Below, piece after piece: positions 45,539 to 55,290 of a DNA stretch of 64,000 nt. The first letter of the stretch is position 1. Every line of letters begins with the position of its first letter. Source of the DNA: a virus; the IMG/VR virus record IMGVR_UViG_3300040811_000825, positions 4,184 to 68,183 of that record; one strand, written 5' to 3'. The notes under the pieces are model-generated. The model saw nothing but the letters and a program-made list of their open reading frames with translations, was not told the origin of the DNA and did not search any database. The translations under genes and the position numbers were made by a program.

Positions 45539-46551
45539 AGACCATAACTAAACTCTTCACGGGCAACTTCATCCAACTTCTCCATCACCTCAGGAGTAAA
45601 GTAGACTTCTGGATCTTTGAGGATTGCTTTGGCATAGACTTTCTTAGTCTCACCATCAACAGTCATCTCATAACGACCTGCCACATTTTTCCAGAGACCA
45701 CCAATCTCTCCCAGTTCAAGAAGGCCATAATATCGATCAAGACCACGCTCATCGTAATAAAGACGCACCGTAACATCCTTGTTCTCCTTGCTCAGACGCG
45801 ACTTAGCAGTCTTTGCCTTGATAAGGTTTCCAACGATTTCTGTTCCATCCTTTTCTTTCTTCTTGCTGAGATAGATGATTGTAGATGCAGCATACTTGAG
45901 TCCACTGCCTCCACCCATTTCTTTTGTAGGGACATAAGCACCAATGACATCGTAGGTATGGTTGGTAACGATCATAGGAATGTTTGCTTGTCCCAGTTTC
46001 AGAGTCAGCATTCTGAATGCACCTTTGACCAGTTGGGATTTGGTCATGTCACGAACTTGTTTGTCGTTAAGTGCGTCAGTGATCTCCTTTTCTGTGGAAA
46101 GCATACCCAGAGAGTCTAACACAAACATACAAGGTTTGCGTTCTTCTTCAGGTTTTTTTAAATATATATCTACCGCTTTGAGCGCCTTACTGCGAAACTC
46201 TTCAATTGTAACAACATTAATAACAACAAGACGAGAAGTATCGATGCCACGGGATTCTATGAGCGATTTATTAATAGCTGCCTCAGTATCAAAGTAGAGA
46301 CAATACCCATCGGGATTGGAATCAAGAAAATTCTTAACAACGGCGAGACTGAAGAAAGTTTTTCCAGTGCTAGATTCTCCAGCAATAGCAGTAATCTTAT
46401 TCCCAGATACACCACCAAAAATGGAACCTGAACAAAGTCCGTTAAAAATATACGAACCCGTGTCCACATAAGACTCCGTTTCATCAATATCAGATGCGAG
46501 TTTTGTGAAATCATCACCAATCTCTTTTACAATATCTTTCAAAAAGTCCAT
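45535..46551 (-). CDS. uvsX: RecA-like recombinase UvsX
   Basis: GESSTGKT, LDSLGML, MGGGSG. Confidence 0.95.
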   Translation of the reverse strand: MDFLKDIVKEIGDDFTKLASDIDETESYVDTGSYIFNGLCSGSIFGGVSGNKITAIAGESSTGKTFFSLAVVKNFLDSNPDGYCLYFDTEAAINKSLIESRGIDTSRLVVINVVTIEEFRSKALKAVDIYLKKPEEERKPCMFVLDSLGMLSTEKEITDALNDKQVRDMTKSQLVKGAFRMLTLKLGQANIPMIVTNHTYDVIGAYVPTKEMGGGSGLKYAASTIIYLSKKKEKDGTEIVGNLIKAKTAKSRLSKENKDVTVRLYYDERGLDRYYGLLELGEIGGLWKNVAGRYEMTVDGETKKVYAKAILKDPEVYFTPEVMEKLDEVAREEFSYGL

Positions 46552-46721
46552 CAAGCAACCATCCCGTATTGTTCACGAAGAATTTTTTTATAAGAACCAT
46601 TAGGAAATTGTTCCCTAATTTCTTTGATAGTATTAAGTTTTTGATAGAGTGCTGCATCTCCACCGAGGCGAAGAGCACTCACAATAGTTTTAAGTTCTTT
46701 GTCGTTAATAGGAAGTTCCAT
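46551..46721 (-). CDS. Hypothetical protein (56 aa)
   Basis: Manual translation MELPINDKELKTIVSALRLGGDAALYQKL...; coupled at both ends. Confidence 0.7.
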   Translation of the reverse strand: MELPINDKELKTIVSALRLGGDAALYQKLNTIKEIREQFPNGSYKKILREQYGMVA

Positions 46722-46918
46722 TAATTCCAGCGTAAAGTTTTTAGATAATCAAGAACATTTTTTCTTACATCCATTAGCTCATGGTAACATTTCTGGTTAT
46801 GAGCACACTGTCGAAGAGCAGGATCTGGTTTATGCACAGATTCAATGAATATATCAAGTCCGCGATTCCATTTATCTTTTTTAGATTCCCCGTCATCAAT
46901 TGTATATTGGTCTTTCAT
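46721..46918 (-). CDS. Hypothetical protein
   Basis: ORF track; LRQCAHNQKC. Confidence 0.75.
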   Translation of the reverse strand: MKDQYTIDDGESKKDKWNRGLDIFIESVHKPDPALRQCAHNQKCYHELMDVRKNVLDYLKTLRWN

Positions 46919-49410
46919 AAGAAGAATGATTCCAAAGTATTAGTTTTTTCTACAGACCATCCAATGGCATCGAGAATTGCTTTCAGTGGTTCTAGAAAAG
47001 CTTTCTCAAATTGTAAGTCATAGTCAATATATTTGTCAAGATTTAGTTCCTTAGGAAACTCTTGAATAAAAGAAATAATATTTTCATGAATAATGTTTGG
47101 TTTTTTCAAATAACAGAATTTAATTTTTTCACCATTCTGGATAAGTGAGTATTTGTTGTCGAGTTTGTTTTGTTTAATGTAATGATTAAACAAAAGAGCC
47201 CCACGAATATGTATGGGAGTTCCCTTGATGTAAATATCCGAATGAGACCTATACTTTGCAACATCAGATGCAGAACGTGGAAATGAAATTTGTTCTGGTG
47301 GGAGTGATTTAAATTGTTTCCTTGAATTTTCAATGAAGTCAATTACATCATCTTCAGTTGCAGTCATCAAAAGTTTAAAGGCATCCTTAAGCATCTTTCT
47401 ACAAGGCGCTGGTGTAGATGACTTTACAGATTCAATACCCATCACCTTGAGTTTTGGTTCCGAATATTGAACACCTTCACTATTATGAACATTGAGAATG
47501 TATCGCTTCTTCGCAGTCCAGATACCACGGTCAGCAATATTTTCACGCTTCATTTGCATTTTTTGTTCATATGCCGAAACGTAATTCGCAAGTTCCTGAT
47601 AAGATTGTTCGATGAATGGTTCCAACTTGTCTTGGCAGATCTTATCAAGTAAGGAAACAATCGCTGCTTTATCGTCAGACTTATTACTAAAAAATTTAGC
47701 AATAAGAGGTTCAAGATTAAGATAGATTGAATCAGTGTCGGATGCGATGACATAATCTACGCTCTCCGTTTGCAAAAGGTTATTTAGATACTTATTCATT
47801 TTTCCTTCAATCCATCGGATACTTACTTGTCCCGACAGGGTGATTGCCTCTGCATTTGCTAGTTTGTAATAGCGGAAATATTGGTTACCAATAGCACCAT
47901 AAGCAGAGTTAAGAGAAATCTTCTTCGCCATTTGAATGTTGTTACATCTGGCGATCTCCTTTTCAAGTGCCTTAGTAGGCGTCTTCTCATACTGCTGTTT
48001 GGCTTGAAGCATTCGCTTCTTGAAGATAACACGGTCGCCATACATCTTCTCCATCAACTCAGGCAAGAACCCACGGACATCCTTACGGTACATTGCACCA
48101 TTGGCACACACCGCATTGTCCTTATACATCTCAAAATTTATCTCCTCATTAAGGATTCGGTCAACCGTAGCCGTTGGGTGTCGTTCGTCCAGTAGTGTCT
48201 CTGGTGAGATGTTATACTGCATAATGAGATGAGGATAAAGAGAGTTGAGGTCAAAAGACACAACCCAATCATACTTTCCTGGAATCGGTTCCTTGACATA
48301 GGCACCTGCGTACTTTTCGTTTTTGTCAGAACGAATCTTTGGGGGAATAACAATGTCACGTTTCTTTAGATAATTGTAAATAATGTTGTCCCACATCCGA
48401 ACTTGGTAGAAGACATCATTATAGTTGACTTTAGCATCATATGCCATCGTGAGCGCAAGCTCAATCAACTTCATTTTATCTTCCAGTCGGTCAACAAGTT
48501 CTACGTCAACGATGTTGTACTCGATGAACTTTTGCCACCCGTGGGTATAGAAATCTTTAAAGGTATCAAATTCACTATGGTCAAGTTTCTTCTGACCAAG
48601 TTCTACCTCAGCTATGTAGTCTAGGCGATATGATTCTTGTGCCTTGTAAGTAAACTTCTTATACAAGTCCAGATAGTCAAGAACAGAGCATCCACCAACA
48701 TCAAAGACGCTGTGCTCTCTACCCTTGATAAACTTCTTTGATTCAGTCACAAGACCCCAAGGGGACATACGCTTCATCAACTTCTCTCCAAGCACCCTGT
48801 TGAGGCGCTTACAGATGTATGGGATATCATACAGTTCACAGTTCCAACCTGTAATCACATCGGGCACATCAACCATCCAGTAGTTGATGAAGTGACTTAA
48901 GAGTTCCTGCTCTGTAGGGCAGTGATAGTAAGTTACATTCTTCTGGGTGTTGTGAAATGGTTTCACACCCCAGGTCTTGATTTCTTTGGTATTGTAGTCC
49001 TGAATAGTAATTGCAAGAATCTCTTCCGATGCAGACTCTACATCTGGGAATCCTTGTTCAGATGATACCTCAATATCAATTGTAACAAGTTTGATTTGGC
49101 CAATGTCGAACTTGATTTCTTCTTCAGGATGTTTTTCAGAAATATATTGGTAGATATATCGGTCATTCCCATAGATTTCAAATCCATCAACATCTTCGTA
49201 TTTTTTGTAGAAGTCACGACAATCCCGAACTGTGCCTGGATGAATAGGTTCTACTTGTTCACCACTTAATGTCCGATACTTGGTATCCTTCTTCGATTTT
49301 ACATAAAGAGTAGGAAAAAACTCATCTCTGTGTTCATACCTCCTCCCATTCTCAACACCACGAACAAGGAACTGGTTCCCAATCATTTGGACATTCGTGT
49401 AAAATTTCAT
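46915..49410 (-). CDS. gp43: Family B DNA polymerase (T4 gp43)
   Basis: DIEV exonuclease motif, DLNSLYP, KISLNSAYG, SDTDS, KKRY. Confidence 0.98.
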   Translation of the reverse strand: MKFYTNVQMIGNQFLVRGVENGRRYEHRDEFFPTLYVKSKKDTKYRTLSGEQVEPIHPGTVRDCRDFYKKYEDVDGFEIYGNDRYIYQYISEKHPEEEIKFDIGQIKLVTIDIEVSSEQGFPDVESASEEILAITIQDYNTKEIKTWGVKPFHNTQKNVTYYHCPTEQELLSHFINYWMVDVPDVITGWNCELYDIPYICKRLNRVLGEKLMKRMSPWGLVTESKKFIKGREHSVFDVGGCSVLDYLDLYKKFTYKAQESYRLDYIAEVELGQKKLDHSEFDTFKDFYTHGWQKFIEYNIVDVELVDRLEDKMKLIELALTMAYDAKVNYNDVFYQVRMWDNIIYNYLKKRDIVIPPKIRSDKNEKYAGAYVKEPIPGKYDWVVSFDLNSLYPHLIMQYNISPETLLDERHPTATVDRILNEEINFEMYKDNAVCANGAMYRKDVRGFLPELMEKMYGDRVIFKKRMLQAKQQYEKTPTKALEKEIARCNNIQMAKKISLNSAYGAIGNQYFRYYKLANAEAITLSGQVSIRWIEGKMNKYLNNLLQTESVDYVIASDTDSIYLNLEPLIAKFFSNKSDDKAAIVSLLDKICQDKLEPFIEQSYQELANYVSAYEQKMQMKRENIADRGIWTAKKRYILNVHNSEGVQYSEPKLKVMGIESVKSSTPAPCRKMLKDAFKLLMTATEDDVIDFIENSRKQFKSLPPEQISFPRSASDVAKYRSHSDIYIKGTPIHIRGALLFNHYIKQNKLDNKYSLIQNGEKIKFCYLKKPNIIHENIISFIQEFPKELNLDKYIDYDLQFEKAFLEPLKAILDAIGWSVEKTNTLESFFL

Positions 49411-49676
49411 CCGTCAGTTAAGTCCTCGTATTTTTCAAGCAGGGTGGGCGTGGGGTCTGTCAGAGTTAAGATTTTATCAGAACTCATCATAAAAGTATCT
49501 GCCCTTGTGACATTAAGTAACCAGGGCTCTAGCATTCCTTCTTTGGTGACGACATATGGATCTACCAACTTACAATCAGGTTCTCCAATATCAGCACCAA
49601 CTTCTTCAATCTGACTGATCAGAATCTGATTCGTCGTCAACACTAGAATCTTGATCAGTTTCGGTTCGTTTGCCAT
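49407..49676 (-). CDS. Hypothetical protein (Sm-like pattern)
   Basis: ORF track. Confidence 0.75.
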   Translation of the reverse strand: MANEPKLIKILVLTTNQILISQIEEVGADIGEPDCKLVDPYVVTKEGMLEPWLLNVTRADTFMMSSDKILTLTDPTPTLLEKYEDLTDG

Positions 49677-49986
49677 ATTCCAGAATGTCCTCTACATAAA
49701 GTTTAGTAAGTTTGTCAATGGGTTCCACCATAGTAACAATCCATTCCATAGTGATTGGAATTACAGGATCTTTTGAAAGAGGAACCCATGGATAGAATTT
49801 GATCTGATATGCGTTCTTTCGTTTTTCTTCAGTCGTTTCATCATCCTCAACTGGAGTATAGTTAGCCATTTTAACTACACACGGTCTATTGAGAAAATAT
49901 CCAACGACTTTATCTTCAACAACCATCTCTTGAACATCTGCGACGAGATCTTCTCCAGACTTCAGAACCAACAATTTAATAGTCAT
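49606..49986 (-). CDS. Hypothetical protein (Sm-like pattern)
   Basis: LKSGEDLV...PWVPLS. Confidence 0.8.
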   Translation of the reverse strand: MTIKLLVLKSGEDLVADVQEMVVEDKVVGYFLNRPCVVKMANYTPVEDDETTEEKRKNAYQIKFYPWVPLSKDPVIPITMEWIVTMVEPIDKLTKLYVEDILEYGKRTETDQDSSVDDESDSDQSD

Positions 49987-50018
49987 AGTCAGTATTTACC
50001 TCTGAGCATTCTAACAAT

Positions 50019-50060
50019 AAAAAAGAGGGGCGTCAACTGGATTTGGCCAGTTGCCCCTCC
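50019..50060 (-). terminator. Terminator after hsp20, overlapping a TTGACG..TAGAAT promoter
   Basis: GAGGGGCAACTGG..CCAGTTGacGCCCCTC-T6. Confidence 0.8.
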
Positions 50061-50087
50061 GTCTGCGACGACGATATTCAATACTAT

Positions 50088-50522
50088 TTAGAACCAATCC
50101 TTACGCTGATGATGCTGCGGAACAATTCTACCAAGAGTAATAGTCAAAAGCCCATCCTCAAAAGTAACTGATCTAACTTCCGTCTCGTCACTGAGGGTCC
50201 ATGCTCTAGTGAAAGATCTTTGAGCCACTCCTCTATGGACATATTCTGTTCCAGTTTCTCCGTCTTCCCTTTGTCCTTCGACAAAGAGTTTTCCATCTTG
50301 TGTGTAGACATTTACTTGTTTCTTTTTGAATCCAGCAAGTGCTAGTTCCAGTCTAGACTCAACATTACTGACTGTCACTAGGTTGTATGGAGGATAACTA
50401 GCAGTTGTTTCGTGGAGGTCAAACACCCTGCTAAGGTAATCGTCCATACCAATACTATTCCTATTTATCTTTTCAAGCAACTTTGGCAAATCGGCTGCAT
50501 GAAACTTCTGAAGGTTTCCCAT
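50088..50522 (-). CDS. hsp20: Small heat shock protein (Hsp20/IbpA)
   Basis: YPPYN, LALAGF, HRGVAQRSF, DGLLTI; AGGAG RBS; TATAAATA at 50587-50580. Confidence 0.95.
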   Translation of the reverse strand: MGNLQKFHAADLPKLLEKINRNSIGMDDYLSRVFDLHETTASYPPYNLVTVSNVESRLELALAGFKKKQVNVYTQDGKLFVEGQREDGETGTEYVHRGVAQRSFTRAWTLSDETEVRSVTFEDGLLTITLGRIVPQHHQRKDWF

Positions 50523-50596
50523 TTGTACTTCTCCTTTTAAAGCGAGATTTGATTGTGTGGACCCCGAAGGCATCCGATATATTTATAGCATAAAAC

Positions 50597-50632
50597 AAAA
50601 AAAGGAGATACGGTAAGAACCGTACCTCCTTA
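50597..50632 (-). terminator. Intrinsic terminator after regA
   Basis: AAGGAGGTACGGT-tctt-ACCGTATCTCCTT-T5. Confidence 0.85.
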
Positions 50633-50681
50633 TAGGGGTTTCCGACTTTTGAAGCGACCGCACGAAAGATCGCAGTATTAT

Positions 50682-51116
50682 TTATTCGGTTTCCTGGGTC
50701 TTTCCTTTCTTACCAATATTATATTTCTGCTCCAGAACCCAATCTGCTTTATCCTTGTATGCCAAGACTTTGATTTGATTCAGAGGTGCAATATCAAGAA
50801 CAAAATCTTCCTTGACAATACCAATCAGGCCCCAATCAGCAAGAAGACGCACAATACGATTACGTCTCTGAACATCATTCACAGTTAGGTTGGCGTGCTT
50901 ACCATCCAGGGCAAACAGTTCCTTAAAGTGGACGATGAAATACCTGCCCTGCTTGTGTAGGATATGGCAAGACTGATAGAGCTTCTTCTCTTTGCGGGAT
51001 GCTACTCCAATACGGGTCAGTGTCTCACGGACTTTCAGGAAGTCATCAGGTTCATTCAAAATCACTTCGATCATTTGGTCCTGAGACCACTGTACCGTAG
51101 GTTCAACAGTACTCAT
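50682..51116 (-). CDS. regA: Translational repressor RegA
   Basis: DDFLKVRETLTRIG, QSCHILHKQGRY, HFKEL. Confidence 0.96.
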   Translation of the reverse strand: MSTVEPTVQWSQDQMIEVILNEPDDFLKVRETLTRIGVASRKEKKLYQSCHILHKQGRYFIVHFKELFALDGKHANLTVNDVQRRNRIVRLLADWGLIGIVKEDFVLDIAPLNQIKVLAYKDKADWVLEQKYNIGKKGKTQETE

Positions 51117-51493
51117 TTTGTTCCTCCAGTGTCAAGTCGTTTTTTAATAAAGTTAAGTTGTTCTTGTGTAAGAATTTTCAGAGCCTGAGATGCCTTCTCG
51201 TTACTATAGCCATAGTATTGTTTGACACATTCTAAATCCTGGACTTTATCCTTTCGGAGCCAAGGAGAGAATCTCTTTCTTTTCCTCAGACTATTTAGAT
51301 AAAATGAATATTGCATATCTTTGTCAATGTGATGGTGGAGGTTCATCTCATTGGCAAACATAATACAGTCAAGGTGCCCAGAGAGACAACGATTGACAAT
51401 GTATGGGGGGTATTGTTTAACGATATCGGGGTTTTCTTTAATAAGGTTTTCCTTATTAAAGTTTATTGAGTTCAACCAGTCTTTGAGTTCCAT
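51113..51493 (-). CDS. gp62: Clamp loader small subunit (gp62)
   Basis: YPPYIVNRCLS, ANEMN, YYGYSNEKA; T4 gene order. Confidence 0.9.
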   Translation of the reverse strand: MELKDWLNSINFNKENLIKENPDIVKQYPPYIVNRCLSGHLDCIMFANEMNLHHHIDKDMQYSFYLNSLRKRKRFSPWLRKDKVQDLECVKQYYGYSNEKASQALKILTQEQLNFIKKRLDTGGTK

Positions 51494-52611
51494 TATCTAA
51501 TAATTTGAATGTCATCATCTTCTGTCCAGAGTTCAACCTTGGTCCTGAACCGACCTTCTTGCTTGAGTTTCTCATATCGCTTGGTTGCTTTCTTCTTCCA
51601 CCAAGCAATGATGTTCTCCAGATAGAACTTGTCCCAGTTAGGGCCACGAACCAGTTCATCTTGCTCTTCCATAATCACTTCACGGACATTTGAATATCCA
51701 TAGTCAGAGATATAGAACCTCTTCTTCTGAGTAAGTCCGAATGCCATATTGATGACATCATTAAACTCTTTCAGTTTGTCCTCATCCTGCAGAGAGTTCT
51801 TGATGATGGAGATCATCTTAGTCTGGCGTTTCATCTTCTTAGAAGACGCTCTGTTGTCCGTCAGAGGCGTATTGTTGTTCAACAGGGTAAATCGGTCGTG
51901 GAGACGGTGAAAGACCTCCTCATGGAGCAGAGGGAGGAACTTACTCTCCGTAAGACCCTTGTACCTCATAAAGGGTTTGAGGCCATCATATTGTGAGGCA
52001 TCGGTAGTAGACCCGTAGAGAGATGTTGTCTCAAAGAGAGCAATGTCCTTCTCAAAAACTTGATTGAGCGTCTCACGGGCATAGTGGGAGCAGCACAGGA
52101 GTGCCAACAGTTTGCCACCAAGATAGTTGTATCCAAAAGGTTGTGATGGGACAATCACAAATCCCATCGCAGCATGGCGATTGAATACAGATAGATTAGG
52201 TGCCTTACCCAACCACAGGTTTCTAGGCTTCGAATTAATAGTAGGAGAACCAAAGCGAATGAATCCAAGACACCGTTGAGTATTCTTTTCAAAGATCATC
52301 CAACGAAGTTCTCTGCCAGGAATATTGCTTTCGTTGTTATGTGAAGAAACTGCCCTCAACAGATTGCCATAGTGTTCTTGTGGTACTGCCTGTTGAAAGC
52401 GAGCACCAACAAACTTAATATCAAACTCCATCTCATTGGGATGAATATCTTCATTGAAGAACTCATCCTGAAGTGGAGTAAGTTGACTTGTCTGAGAGAT
52501 GACTTCTTTTTTCACATAACGAAGGTAATCCTCAATAGAGGAAAAGTTTTTGAAGTAATCAATAAATTCATTTGCTGCCCATACAGCATCATCCTCAGAT
52601 ACAATCATCAT
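51493..52611 (-). CDS. DUF4338/DruA-like protein
   Basis: PGRELRW, GFIRFGSP, YNYLGGKLLA, ETTSLYG..SQY. Confidence 0.65.
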   Translation of the reverse strand: MMIVSEDDAVWAANEFIDYFKNFSSIEDYLRYVKKEVISQTSQLTPLQDEFFNEDIHPNEMEFDIKFVGARFQQAVPQEHYGNLLRAVSSHNNESNIPGRELRWMIFEKNTQRCLGFIRFGSPTINSKPRNLWLGKAPNLSVFNRHAAMGFVIVPSQPFGYNYLGGKLLALLCCSHYARETLNQVFEKDIALFETTSLYGSTTDASQYDGLKPFMRYKGLTESKFLPLLHEEVFHRLHDRFTLLNNNTPLTDNRASSKKMKRQTKMISIIKNSLQDEDKLKEFNDVINMAFGLTQKKRFYISDYGYSNVREVIMEEQDELVRGPNWDKFYLENIIAWWKKKATKRYEKLKQEGRFRTKVELWTEDDDIQIIR

Positions 52612-52898
52612 AAAATAAGTTTCTTACTTGGAGTTTCAATTGGGGAAAAGATCTTCTTATAATTGTCTACGATCTCTTCTCTTGTGTCAATCAGATAAAC
52701 AATATACTGCTTATCAACTTTAATACTCTCATCTTCTTTTGAGAGAACTGACCAAGGTGCAAATCCAATCTGGCCTTGAGCACTAGGAACTGCTACAAGA
52801 GGATTTTGAACTACAACATAGTCATTGGTTTCTTCAACCAGAGTGAAGATTACTTCTTCACCAGTGTTCATTCGTAATACCTTAATGTCCATAATCAA
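52608..52898 (-). CDS. Hypothetical protein (Sm-like pattern)
   Basis: RMNTGEEVI...GFAPW. Confidence 0.8.
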   Translation of the reverse strand: MIMDIKVLRMNTGEEVIFTLVEETNDYVVVQNPLVAVPSAQGQIGFAPWSVLSKEDESIKVDKQYIVYLIDTREEIVDNYKKIFSPIETPSKKLIL

Positions 52899-53098
52899 TA
52901 AAATTTAGATTCATTTTCGAGTGTTGAGTGGAGAAGAACTCCATCAACTTTATTAAGTAGTTCCTGCATACCACTATGTAGTAGACGATATCCAGTTCCA
53001 ACATATAACTGACCAAACACAACTGCGACTGTAGCAGTTCCCCAGAAATAATAGTAGAACCTAGACTTGACTTGGGCCTTTAGTTTCCTTTTTTTCAT
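52895..53098 (-). CDS. Small membrane protein
   Basis: ORF track. Confidence 0.7.
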   Translation of the reverse strand: MKKRKLKAQVKSRFYYYFWGTATVAVVFGQLYVGTGYRLLHSGMQELLNKVDGVLLHSTLENESKFY

Positions 53099-53246
53099 TA
53101 TAAGTAATAATAATTTGTTTTGATGCGATTCCTTGGGAGTTTAAGGTTTCTTTGTACTCAACTCTACCGCCAAGAAGTTGGACTGCATCGCGGAGATTGT
53201 TTGAGGCAACGATTTGATCTGCTTGTTCTTGAGTAATCCTATACAT
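53061..53246 (-). CDS. Hypothetical protein
   Basis: Start moved to MYRITQE. Confidence 0.6.
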   Translation of the reverse strand: MYRITQEQADQIVASNNLRDAVQLLGGRVEYKETLNSQGIASKQIIITYNEKKETKGPSQV

Positions 53247-53424
53247 TAGTAAGTTTGTCAATGTACTGATAAATCAAACTCCACCCAAATTCATAGGTGT
53301 CACCATTCTCATCTTGAAGAAAGAATGGAATGTTTGGGTGGAAGTATTTAGCCCGATAATAATGGTTGATTACATTATAGTCATCATCCACACACCGTTC
53401 GTGTTCTAGTTGTTCTTCCGTCAT
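53239..53424 (-). CDS. Hypothetical protein
   Basis: ORF track; ATGA overlap. Confidence 0.7.
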   Translation of the reverse strand: MTEEQLEHERCVDDDYNVINHYYRAKYFHPNIPFFLQDENGDTYEFGWSLIYQYIDKLTNV

Positions 53425-54365
53425 TTGAATTCACACTCCACCATAAGTTCAGTCAGGCAAGCAAGCATGTTTATTTCTTGATCTGCCACAAATGCCATTT
53501 GATACTGATACTTAGCAAGAGTAAGAACAGCAGCAGGAATACTACTCGGAGCCATGGAATCATAACAAGCATCGTAAATACGACGCAGAAGTACAGAAGT
53601 ATCATTGTCCAAATTATTGACGACCCACTTACGTACCTCAGGAAAGTCCTTTTCCTTAAGTTTCTTAACCAAGTCATTGACCTTGACATCAGAGAATGTA
53701 GCGAGGATACCTGCATCAATTTTACCTCCAGCAGAATATCGTTGACACTCATTTAAAACACGACGCCAGTCTGGGAAGTGCTTATTAATGAGTTCTACCA
53801 GGACCTTGTTATCATATTCAACACCTTCTGTATCCAGGATTTGTTGGATGCGTTGAAAGAAGGATGCCGCAAGTTTTGGTTTGCTCTTAGAGTTACTGGA
53901 GAAATCGATACAGGCACATCGGGAGTGGAGTGGCTCAATGATTTTGTTTTTGAAGTTGCAGGTGAAGATGAACCTGCAGTTGCCACTAAACTCCTCAGTA
54001 AACGCCCGTAGGAGGAGTTGTACATCATTGGTTGTGTTATCTGCCTCATCAATGATGATGACTTTGTGTTTAGCAGTTGACGCAAGCGAGACGGTCGAAG
54101 CGAAGTTCTTCGCAGTGTTTCGGACAGTATCCAAGAATCGACCTTCGTCGGATCCGTTGATGACATAAACATCTACTCCAAGTTCATTACAAAGTGCTTT
54201 TGCGACAGTGGTTTTACCACATCCAGCGGGCCCAGCCAGAAGTAAATTAGGTACTTCACCTTTATGTAGGAAGTCTTGAAAAGTCTTCTTGATATTCTCT
54301 GGGAGAATACAATCTTCAATAGTTTTGGGTCGATACTTTTCTACCCAAAGAAATTCGTCACGCAT
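53421..54365 (-). CDS. gp44: Clamp loader ATPase subunit (gp44)
   Basis: LWVEKYRP, GPAGCGKT, IIDEAD, SRC. Confidence 0.96.
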   Translation of the reverse strand: MRDEFLWVEKYRPKTIEDCILPENIKKTFQDFLHKGEVPNLLLAGPAGCGKTTVAKALCNELGVDVYVINGSDEGRFLDTVRNTAKNFASTVSLASTAKHKVIIIDEADNTTNDVQLLLRAFTEEFSGNCRFIFTCNFKNKIIEPLHSRCACIDFSSNSKSKPKLAASFFQRIQQILDTEGVEYDNKVLVELINKHFPDWRRVLNECQRYSAGGKIDAGILATFSDVKVNDLVKKLKEKDFPEVRKWVVNNLDNDTSVLLRRIYDACYDSMAPSSIPAAVLTLAKYQYQMAFVADQEINMLACLTELMVECEFK

Positions 54366-54380
54366 GATAAAAAAATAAAA

Positions 54381-54539
54381 TCAGTAGGTCTTCTTGATTG
54401 CCAAGAGAGTCTCAAGGGGAATCCATGCAGGATTCTCATCAGCAAACTGCACTTGAACTTCAGTAATCACTCGTTCAAGATGTTTACTATACATTTGCCT
54501 GGTGTTCAATACAGGACTTAGAGGATTTTCTACACCCAT
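54381..54539 (-). CDS. Hypothetical protein (52 aa)
   Basis: Manual translation MGVENPLSPV...EVQVQFADENPAWIPLETL. Confidence 0.6.
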   Translation of the reverse strand: MGVENPLSPVLNTRQMYSKHLERVITEVQVQFADENPAWIPLETLLAIKKTY

Positions 54540-55042
54540 TCTGGTTTACGCTCAGGAATACGAAGGTAATTATCGCACACCCACGGTTTAGATGCAATAT
54601 ACATCTTGTAAGCCGTGAAGGTATCAATACTGGTATCAAGTTTATATTCATCAGGCATTGCCCTTGCAAAGGGTGTTACCTCATCAAGATTTCCCTCTGG
54701 AAACAACCTGAGTGCTTCTACAAGGGTCTTGTAGCAAGAATGTACCTTATCATACCTGAGAGTGTACTCATGGCACATATGAAGACCGTGCTTGATTAAC
54801 CAGTAAGAATTATGAATGCTCTCCGCAGCCCACTTAGTGCAAGGATGATTGCGGAATGCACCTTTTTCAGTTTTGTATGGTTGGCCATCAAGGCGATGGA
54901 GTTCACCATATCCATGTCCCCATTTGTCTGATGCAACGATAGATAGCATCTGACAGCACTCAAGAGGCATCTTGACAATATGCTTGTCGGGCAATACTTG
55001 AGCAGACTCCTTAGGAGATAAACAAGTTGCGAAGATGTTCAT
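54530..55042 (-). CDS. Pyrimidine-dimer glycosylase/DenV-related family protein
   Basis: MNIF...DKHIVKMPLECCQML, NHPCTKW, EYTLRYDKVH, AMPDEYK. Confidence 0.7.
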   Translation of the reverse strand: MNIFATCLSPKESAQVLPDKHIVKMPLECCQMLSIVASDKWGHGYGELHRLDGQPYKTEKGAFRNHPCTKWAAESIHNSYWLIKHGLHMCHEYTLRYDKVHSCYKTLVEALRLFPEGNLDEVTPFARAMPDEYKLDTSIDTFTAYKMYIASKPWVCDNYLRIPERKPEWV

Positions 55043-55290
55043 GATAAAAGTTTGCTAATGCTGATAGCAAGAAGGAATGATAACATTATAACCACATCCC
55101 AAGACTTTGTGCGGACAAAGTAAGGGATTGAAATAAAGTCGGCAATGAAGTTGATGATAACTCCTGCCAACACATTTACATGGAGAATAATGAAGTAGGC
55201 AACAATGACTCCAATGCTGCCTATGATTCTGAGGGGAATATCAACCGAAACTTGAGTCGGGTTCCAACGCGATGTAATAAGTGAGTTCAT
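55039..55290 (-). CDS. Small multi-TM membrane protein
   Basis: Three hydrophobic segments; start uncertain. Confidence 0.6.
   Translation of the reverse strand: MNSLITSRWNPTQVSVDIPLRIIGSIGVIVAYFIILHVNVLAGVIINFIADFISIPYFVRTKSWDVVIMLSFLLAISISKLLS

Noticed and set aside
30814-49410. Inteins or introns in nrdA, nrdB, gp41, uvsX or gp43
   Set aside because: All are of ordinary length with contiguous motifs
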